A DNA stretch of 45,136 bases from IMG/VR virus record IMGVR_UViG_3300035502_000495; one strand, given 5' to 3'. Both the position numbers and the translations under genes were made by a program. This document shows positions 8,059 to 13,810 of this stretch, one piece after another (the stretch's first letter is position 1; every line of letters begins with the position of its first letter). The stretch is from a virus. Taxonomy: Duplodnaviria > Heunggongvirae > Uroviricota > Caudoviricetes. Below the pieces are notes generated by a model. That model made no database searches. It had not been told where the DNA came from and saw nothing but the letters and a program-made list of their open reading frames with translations.

Positions 8059-8094
8059 GGCGTGCTGGCGAAGAGCAGCGTCCGCAAGCACGCC
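8059..8094. repeat. conserved-loop hairpin E5 (14-position stem with 2 mismatches, loop GAGCAGCG)
   Basis: GGCGTGCTGGCGAA-GAGCAGCG-TCCGCAAGCACGCC. Confidence 0.9.
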
Positions 8095-8111
8095 TTGGAA
8101 AATAAAAAGAA

Positions 8112-8134
8112 AAGAGAGGTTTTTAACCTCTCTT
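8112..8134 (-). terminator. intrinsic terminator
   Basis: AAGAGAGGTT-TTT-AACCTCTCTT, U-tract on minus, after the stop at 8139. Confidence 0.85.
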
Positions 8135-8138
8135 ATAA

Positions 8139-8363
8139 TTAATTTTTAATTAAGCCTTCATTAATAAGTATTTCATAAAACAATTTGCAAGTATCTTTAT
8201 ATTCTTCATCATTTTCAGCTATATATTTATAATCATTTTCACTAGCTTCATCTGGTACACCTTCAGCAATCCATAATTCAAAATTTTCTTCATCTTGCAC
8301 TTCATCTCTTATGTATTTATCCATACTTTTTAAACACTGTACCTTTGCTTCTATTATTGTCAT
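8139..8363 (-). CDS. acidic hypothetical early protein (74 aa)
   Basis: RBS, promoter at 8398-8426, terminator. Confidence 0.85.
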   Translation of the reverse strand: MTIIEAKVQCLKSMDKYIRDEVQDEENFELWIAEGVPDEASENDYKYIAENDEEYKDTCKLFYEILINEGLIKN

Positions 8364-8444
8364 TTTGTTTACCTCTCTTTCCTTATCTTATAAATATATT
8401 ATAATATAAATTTGTAAGTATGTCAATCCTTTTTATAAAATTTT

Positions 8445-8564
8445 TTAAATTATTTTAATGTAAAATAATCCATTACTAATTGAATAAGTAAAATCATACT
8501 GATTAACTTCTAAAAATCTTTTCACTTTTTCAAATGCCTCTCTATTTGTATACATTATTGCCAT
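8445..8564 (-). CDS. small hypothetical protein (39 aa, MAIMYTNREAF..IKII), absent from the ORF track
   Basis: AGAGAGGT RBS; promoter at 8596-8624. Confidence 0.7.
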   Translation of the reverse strand: MAIMYTNREAFEKVKRFLEVNQYDFTYSISNGLFYIKII

Positions 8565-8631
8565 TATATTTTACCTCTCTTTTCTTTATATATTTATTAT
8601 AACATTTTATCTTTTGTATGTCAAGTATTTT

Positions 8632-8820
8632 TTATTCTTCTTCCATTTCATTTTCAATGTAGCTTTCAAATGTATTAAAGCCTGTTCTAGCATATACTAT
8701 ATTATCTAATATTGTGTTCCAATCGCCATTACAAATACATCTAACTAAATTAATTTCATTTGCGGTTGCAATTCCATATTCTATTATCATATCATATTTA
8801 ATACATTCGTTTGTGTTCAT
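8632..8820 (-). CDS. hypothetical early protein (62 aa)
   Basis: RBS; promoter at 8857-8885. Confidence 0.8.
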   Translation of the reverse strand: MNTNECIKYDMIIEYGIATANEINLVRCICNGDWNTILDNIVYARTGFNTFESYIENEMEEE

Positions 8821-8899
8821 TTTTTATTACCTCTCTTTTCTTTTCTTTATATATATAGTATACACCTTGCTATTTATATTGTCAAGACTTTTTTTAAAT

Positions 8900-9083
8900 T
8901 TTCTTGAGCGGGAGTCGAACCCGCATTTACATTGTGCGTCGCATTAAGGATTACCACAGTATATTTATGTACCCAATTGTACAACCTTGCCTATCACCTG
9001 CTACCTGTTTCGCCATGAATTTACATAGGAATCGAACCTACACAGACAGAACGCCAACAGCTTTTCCATTAAGCTATCAAGAA
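8900..9083 (-). ncRNA. tRNA-shaped RNA with a 109-nt insert in place of the anticodon loop
   Basis: Acceptor stem TTCTTGA/TCAAGAA, D-arm GCTT-AATGGAA-AAGC, 9-bp anticodon-position stem, T-arm GCGGG-TTCGACT-CCCGC; second T-arm inside the insert; own promoter at 9108-9136; no encoded CCA. Confidence 0.7.
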
Positions 9084-9147
9084 ATAATTAATTTATTTTC
9101 TATAATTATAATACCATGTTTTTATTAATTTGTCAATAGTTTTTTTA

Positions 9148-9291
9148 TTATTTTTTATAAGTATACATAATAGTAAAGCCTGTTCTTACATCAGTATACA
9201 TTGTGCAAAAAGCAATGTTTGGATTATTCTTTACTTTATTATAATAATTAATCATTTGACCTTTGAATTGGAATGTTTTTGTATATGTCAT
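9148..9291 (-). CDS. small hypothetical protein (47 aa, MTYTKTFQF..TYKK), absent from the ORF track
   Basis: AGAGAGGT RBS; promoters at 9325-9353 and 9416-9444. Confidence 0.75.
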   Translation of the reverse strand: MTYTKTFQFKGQMINYYNKVKNNPNIAFCTMYTDVRTGFTIMYTYKK

Positions 9292-9570
9292 GGTGTTTAC
9301 CTCTCTTTCTCTCTTTCTATATTTATTATAGCACGTTTTCAGAAGTCTGTCAAGAGATTTTTTAAAAAAATTTTTTTATTTTCTATTCAGTTCTCTTTCC
9401 TTACCTTCTATATATAGTATACTACATTATACTAATAGAGTCAATATACAAAATGCACAAAATAAAATAATAAATTTTGTATAAAATGCTGAAATGCGGG
9501 AACCGCCTTACGAACCTAAGTTCTCGTTTTCTAACTGGAATTAGTTGCAACTAACCATGATAAGGCAAAA

Positions 9571-9593
9571 CGAAAGCTGCGCGGCAGCTTTCG
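9571..9593. repeat. GC-rich perfect hairpin (10-bp stem, GCG loop)
   Basis: CGAAAGCTGC-GCG-GCAGCTTTCG. Confidence 0.8.
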
Positions 9594-9730
9594 ACCCGCC
9601 CAATTGTTTGAATTTTAGGAACAAAATAAAAAAGACCAAAAAACTCGTTTTTCACAAAATTTTTCTAGCCTTAGGTATCTTGGAGCTGAGCCGACCCGCA
9701 CATGACCATGTACGAAATCGCTTGAAAGAA

Positions 9731-9898
9731 TTATTTCAAGAATGTAGCAATTGCTTTAAAACATACGTCCGCATTATCTTGAGAATGTGTATCTTCTTGT
9801 TCGCTGAAATAATTCATTGATGCATTAAGTAAATCTTTTACTGGTATAAACTCAAATACTAACTGTAATGCGGCGAGTTCATTCAAATTATTGCCCAT
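9731..9898 (-). CDS. small hypothetical protein (55 aa, MGNNLNELAALQ..TFLK), absent from the ORF track
   Basis: GGGAG RBS; promoter at 9935-9963. Confidence 0.65.
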   Translation of the reverse strand: MGNNLNELAALQLVFEFIPVKDLLNASMNYFSEQEDTHSQDNADVCFKAIATFLK

Positions 9899-10016
9899 TG
9901 CATAAACTCCCTTCTTTATTTACTTTATATATATATTATATAATAAATTTTTTAAAAAATCAATAAAAGAAAATTAATCAAGCTTTATAGAAACATAGAC
10001 CGACCGCCCGCATGAA

Positions 10017-10040
10017 AAGAGAGGTTGAAAAACCTCTCTT
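10017..10040 (-). terminator. intrinsic terminator
   Basis: AAGAGAGGTT-GAAA-AACCTCTCTT after the stop at 10043. Confidence 0.8.
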
Positions 10041-10042
10041 AT

Positions 10043-10315
10043 TTATTTCCAACCTCTTTCTTCTTTAATTTTTTCGTATCTCTCTTTATTCTCTTGCTCT
10101 ATCTTTTCTTTATCATATACTCTCATTTTTGTTTTTGTATATCCATACTGTGTTAATTCTCTATTACTCCAATATCTTTTATTACAAATTTTAATAATTC
10201 CGTCCTCTTGAATTTTCTTTTTATTATCTATAATATATTGTTTACTAGGAACTTCTACTAATGTACTAACTGGTTTATAACCTTGATTTGAAATTAATGT
10301 TACTTGAATTATCAT
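10043..10315 (-). CDS. hypothetical early protein (90 aa, basic)
   Basis: ORF with RBS and terminator. Confidence 0.85.
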   Translation of the reverse strand: MIIQVTLISNQGYKPVSTLVEVPSKQYIIDNKKKIQEDGIIKICNKRYWSNRELTQYGYTKTKMRVYDKEKIEQENKERYEKIKEERGWK

Positions 10316-10368
10316 TTTATTTACCTCTCTTTATATATTTATTATAATACGCTTAATTATAAGTTTAT

Positions 10369-10404
10369 TAAGATTTCAGCCTATTTATGAAGGCTGAAAT
10401 CTTA
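10369..10404 (-). terminator. terminator-like hairpin
   Basis: 14-bp perfect stem TAAGATTTCAGCCT/AGGCTGAAATCTTA overlapping the stop of 10385..10519. Confidence 0.6.
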
Positions 10405-10519
10405 TTATTTGCCCATGTTTTCTAATTTCTATTTTTTTCTCTTGAGCACTCATACCATGATACCATGCGTATGTTCCATCTTCAAATAAATACCAACCTT
10501 GTGTTTTTGTTCTTGCCAT
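10385..10519 (-). CDS. small hypothetical protein (44 aa, MARTKTQGWYLFEDG..FQPS), absent from the ORF track
   Basis: AGAGAGGA RBS; promoter at 10556-10584. Confidence 0.75.
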   Translation of the reverse strand: MARTKTQGWYLFEDGTYAWYHGMSAQEKKIEIRKHGQIIRFQPS

Positions 10520-10523
10520 AATT

Positions 10524-10910
10524 TTTATCCTCTCTTTCCTTTTCTTTATATATTTATTATATACCTTATTAGTTATGCTGTCAAGACTTTTTTAAAAATT
10601 TTTTTATTTTATTTAAGCTCCCAATTTCTGTTATTTATATAAATATTATTACCATAAAATTTTCCAATTGGTTCAGCGTTTTTTGCTACTATTCCAACGA
10701 TATCTGTCACTTTATTTTGACCCCAAAAGCCATCTCTATCTTGAGTATCTTCTACAAACTCTATTTCTGTATTATCGTCCATGTTTTTAATTATTTCCAT
10801 TAATTCTCTTTTTGTCATTTTTATTTATCCTCTCTTTCCTTTTCTTTATATATTTATTATATACCTTATTAGTTATGCTGTCAAGACTTTTTTAAAAATT
10901 TTTTTATTTT
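10524..10910. repeat. 87-bp perfect direct repeat (10524-10610 and 10824-10910)
   Basis: Identical RBS+promoter+UP block, 300 bp apart, flanking ORF 10609..10818. Confidence 0.95.
10609..10818 (-). CDS. hypothetical early protein (69 aa)
   Basis: RBS; promoters at 10856-10884 and 10947-10975. Confidence 0.8.
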   Translation of the reverse strand: MTKRELMEIIKNMDDNTEIEFVEDTQDRDGFWGQNKVTDIVGIVAKNAEPIGKFYGNNIYINNRNWELK

Positions 10911-10972
10911 TGTCTTGCTTTTTTCTTTTCTTCATCTTATGTATTTATTATAGCATTGTTTACTACATACGT

Positions 10973-11025
10973 CAATAGACAAAATACACAAAATACCGCT
11001 TTGCTTTTGTGCATTTTGTCTATTG
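10973..11025. promoter_or_regulatory. 53-bp inverted repeat (21-11-21); best-preserved copy of the motif upstream of module promoters
   Basis: CAATAGACAAAATACACAAAA-N11-TTTTGTGCATTTTGTCTATTG (arms 20/21 complementary); degenerate copies start at 1578, 3313, 4438, 5635, 7959 and 9442. Confidence 0.8.
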
Positions 11026-11075
11026 TTTTTATGTCAGTCTATTTTAAATTACATGTGTTATTTTATCCGCCCTTA

Positions 11076-11337
11076 AACTAGCAGTTAGTTGAACTAATAT
11101 AAATTAGTCTGAACTACTTTTTGTTAGTTCCAGCTTACATTAGTTAGTGGTATCTAACTGTAATGAGTTTACACTAATTTATAAGACAAAACTTTTTTAC
11201 TTTACATTTTAAGTTAGTCTAATCTAACTCAAGTTAGTTGCGACTAGTTCTAGTTAGTGATATCAATCTGGGATTAATCCTGCCTAACTTGAGTTAGCTT
11301 TTTCAAACAACAAATAATTGCAACTAACTCAAGTTAG
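11076..11337. repeat. CTAACT/AGTTAG iteron-like array
   Basis: CTAACT-NN-AGTTAG at 11224, 11284 and 11324, plus many half-sites. Confidence 0.85.
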
Positions 11338-11675
11338 AAACCTCGGATTTGCGCGACCAAAGCCGCGCCAATTTTAATTAAAGTAGATATAAGATTAAAC
11401 TATTTTATATTTTATTAATCAAATTTTATTTTTATTATTCAATTTTATTGAAATATAATATTATATTTAATTATTAATTCAATATTTTTTATTATTTAAT
11501 ATATATTTATTGTCCCGCATAATTAAAAAATAATAATATAATATTCTGGGCGTGTCTCAATAAAACTATCTAAAAAAATTCTCTCTAGCTACACAGCATA
11601 CCTATGACAAAAGGTGGGGCAGTAATTTTGGGATTTTATTTTTTTGAAATGTAAAATGTGTTATGCCACGTACAA

Positions 11676-11773
11676 AAAATCTCCAAATGTATTTTAAAAA
11701 TAAAAATATGAAAAATAAAATCTCCAAATATATTTTAAAATATAAAAAATGAAATCTCCAAATATATTTTAAA
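11676..11773. repeat. three direct repeats of about AAATCTCCAAATRTATTTTAAA
   Basis: ATCTCCAAAT cores at 11679, 11720 and 11754. Confidence 0.85.
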
Positions 11774-11990
11774 TATCTTCCTCGCACAAACGAATTATAT
11801 TATCAACTTCAATTTCTGCATTATCTAAAATTTTTTGTAAATCATTAAGGTCAAAATAAAAATATTTTCTTACTGTAATTAAAGTTTTTTTATATTCATC
11901 TGAAATAGCTAATTCATTAATCATATCGTTCAAAACTTTTATTATTTTATCTCTTTTTTCTATTTCTACTTTCATTTCTTTTATAGTCAT
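11769..11990 (-). CDS. hypothetical protein (73 aa)
   Basis: GGAGGT RBS; last gene of the minus-strand operon. Confidence 0.8.
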   Translation of the reverse strand: MTIKEMKVEIEKRDKIIKVLNDMINELAISDEYKKTLITVRKYFYFDLNDLQKILDNAEIEVDNIIRLCEEDI

Positions 11991-12000
11991 ATTTACCTCC

Positions 12001-12207
12001 TTACAATGAAGATGCTATATCAATATCTGTATTATAAATAACATCTTTCGCATAATTAACTTCCCTATTTAAAACTACATATGCTGTTCTTAATGCAGAT
12101 AATTCTTCTTCTGTAAATCTCTTAGAGTCATTAATCATATTAAGAAGATTAGGTAATACTTCATCTTCCATTCTTTTTACTTTTTCTTCTAAGTGTCCAA
12201 TTTTCAT
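12001..12207 (-). CDS. hypothetical protein (68 aa; start moved to MKIGH)
   Basis: GGAGGT RBS; ATGA overlap with the upstream stop. Confidence 0.75.
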   Translation of the reverse strand: MKIGHLEEKVKRMEDEVLPNLLNMINDSKRFTEEELSALRTAYVVLNREVNYAKDVIYNTDIDIASSL

Positions 12208-12590
12208 ATCATACCTCCAAAAACATAGATTCCCCACGTCAAAATAATCTGTACCAAATGTATCAACTGGTCTTGTATTAAATTAATAGCTTTCTTATTA
12301 GCCTTCAAATCATCAACTATAGCATGAATACCCCAATTGATTACAAAAGTCAAAAGCAACATATTAAGCGGAATCCCCGACCCCGCCGCAACAATAGGAA
12401 TATGAATCATAAAAGTCCAACTAAAAGCGTGTTCCATCAAAGCCATTATATAATCATTCTTATATAAATCATCCGCAGCGTTCTTTTCCCACCATGACCT
12501 CTGCTTAGCAGAAGCTAACCAACCTTGTAAATAATAATCATCAACTATATGAAAAAATATCATTGATAATAATAAAATTAATATTTTCAT
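12204..12590 (-). CDS. DUF3307-like membrane protein (128 aa; start moved to MKILI)
   Basis: HIVDDYYLQ..EHA..HAIVD..DQLIH pattern in hydrophobic helices. Confidence 0.7.
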   Translation of the reverse strand: MKILILLLSMIFFHIVDDYYLQGWLASAKQRSWWEKNAADDLYKNDYIMALMEHAFSWTFMIHIPIVAAGSGIPLNMLLLTFVINWGIHAIVDDLKANKKAINLIQDQLIHLVQIILTWGIYVFGGMI

Positions 12591-12868
12591 ATCATACTCC
12601 ATTTTATCGTAGTTTTAAGCATCGCAATTTCATTTCTAACGCCCTGTAATCTATCTTCAATGCTCTTTATAGCGGCTTCCCGCGGTATATAAAATGTTAT
12701 TCCTTCCACAATAAAATCTAAAGGCATATTATTAAGAATTTCTTTATTATGTAATATTGTATATATTTGCTCTTCTTCTCTTTCTAACTCTTGTATACGT
12801 TTTAGAGTTTTTGTTATATTATTTATTGTTTCATCTTCTATTGGATGAAATACTTGTTTCTCTTCCAT
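12587..12868 (-). CDS. hypothetical protein (93 aa)
   Basis: ORF within the operon. Confidence 0.8.
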   Translation of the reverse strand: MEEKQVFHPIEDETINNITKTLKRIQELEREEEQIYTILHNKEILNNMPLDFIVEGITFYIPREAAIKSIEDRLQGVRNEIAMLKTTIKWSMI

Positions 12869-12886
12869 GTTGTTATAATACCTCTT

Positions 12887-13114
12887 TTATAAAATATCTA
12901 CATTACCCGCATTTAAATAATTTTGATAATTAGTAGCAATATCTCGTACATAAGACGCGGCAATTGTCAAATCTGTAGGCGATATATGAAATTCATTTAA
13001 ACTTAATATCACTTCTTCATCTGACCTTAATAGTTCATTTTTTGCCTTGGAAAATATCTCCGCAACTTCCTTTATCTTAGTAAGTTTATCTTGTGTTTCA
13101 TTAATATTGTTCAT
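12887..13114 (-). CDS. hypothetical protein (75 aa)
   Basis: GGAGGT RBS. Confidence 0.8.
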   Translation of the reverse strand: MNNINETQDKLTKIKEVAEIFSKAKNELLRSDEEVILSLNEFHISPTDLTIAASYVRDIATNYQNYLNAGNVDIL

Positions 13115-13199
13115 TATTTTATTTTACCTCCGCGGTTGCTCGATTAGTCCTCCTCTAATCCAGCTTTATTTTCCTTACAGCCCTTATATTTATTTTATT

Positions 13200-13667
13200 T
13201 TATAATTCTCCTTCATATGTACATTGACCATTAAAAAATGGGCACTCTAAATCACATTGGTGCATTTCATCATATTTACAATGCGGGATTTTAAAATTAA
13301 TAACAATTTCAGCTTCATCGAATTGTTTTTTCCATGAGGCTTGATTATAGAATCTAGCGGCCATCCGCCACCCATACTTATTTAAAATATAATCATACAT
13401 TTGTCTTAATCTATACTCTTGATTAAGACGATTTTCTTTCTTTTCTGCTTTTGTAAGAGGTCTAATCATATATGGTTCTTCTTTAGGAAATCTGCACCAC
13501 ATTATTTTTGAATCCTCTTGCTGTTCTTTTGTGGCTTCATTCCAATATATTTTAGGTCGTGGATTAATGCGGATTCCGCCTGGTCTAACTGTGCTAATAT
13601 GATTTTCCGCATCTAATATAGCTGCCCCTAAACCAGTCGCTACAAATATCTTATTATTTTCATACAT
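13200..13667 (-). CDS. hypothetical protein with Cys-rich C-terminus (155 aa)
   Basis: HCKYDEMHQCDLECPFFNGQC; promoter at 13701-13729. Confidence 0.8.
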   Translation of the reverse strand: MYENNKIFVATGLGAAILDAENHISTVRPGGIRINPRPKIYWNEATKEQQEDSKIMWCRFPKEEPYMIRPLTKAEKKENRLNQEYRLRQMYDYILNKYGWRMAARFYNQASWKKQFDEAEIVINFKIPHCKYDEMHQCDLECPFFNGQCTYEGEL

Positions 13668-13700
13668 ATTTATTTACCCTTCTTTATTTTTTATAATATA

Positions 13701-13778
13701 ATTATATCATTTATTTTTTTGAAAATCAATTAAAGTTTTTCGTCCTAGTTTGACAAAAGAAAAATTTTGTATTATAAT
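13701..13778. promoter_or_regulatory. divergent sigmaA promoter pair
   Basis: Minus TTGATT-17-TATAAT at 13701-13729; plus TTGACA-17-TATAAT at 13750-13778. Confidence 0.8.
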
Positions 13779-13810
13779 ATAATTATGGGAAGAAAAGAAA
13801 GGAGCGCTTT

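Larger units (their letters stand above)
352..10975 (-). promoter_or_regulatory. 27 near-consensus sigmaA/sigma70 early promoters (TTGAYN/TTGTAA-17bp-TATAAT/TATACT/TATTAT)
   Basis: -10..-35 spans: 352-380, 737-765, 1552-1580, 2368-2396, 2698-2726, 3070-3098, 3287-3315, 3982-4010, 4070-4098, 4316-4344, 4412-4440, 5035-5063, 5609-5637, 6332-6360, 7232-7260, 7771-7799, 7933-7961, 8398-8426, 8596-8624, 8857-8885, 9108-9136, 9325-9353, 9416-9444, 9935-9963, 10556-10584, 10856-10884, 10947-10975. All have 17-bp spacers and most have A-tract UP elements. Confidence 0.9.

Noticed and set aside
1640-8094. Hairpin family as a CRISPR array, CRISPR repeat mimics or GTAG-type REPs
   Set aside because: Copies are kilobases apart, stems are not sequence-conserved, there is no cas gene or RAYT in the window, and I see no resemblance to repeat families I know. 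A database check is still advisable.
8900-9083. Canonical tRNA(s) or tmRNA
   Set aside because: No 7-nt anticodon loop with U33. The inner T-arm has no matching acceptor stem. There is no G3.U70 pair, and the insert ORF (MAKQVAG..ILW) lacks an Ala-Ala degradation tag.
547-10978. Plus-strand ORFs in the early region (547, 3374, 3754, 3956, 4891, 6467, 7009, 7055, 8714, 8904, 9130, 9545, 10781)
   Set aside because: F/L/I-rich shadows of minus-strand genes and promoter blocks, with no RBS.
11040-11600. DnaA boxes in the putative origin
   Set aside because: The best match (TTATCCGCC near 11063) has two mismatches and is single.
11602-11787. 61-aa minus-strand ORF
   Set aside because: A translation of the ATCTCCAAAT repeats; overlaps a real gene and has no RBS.
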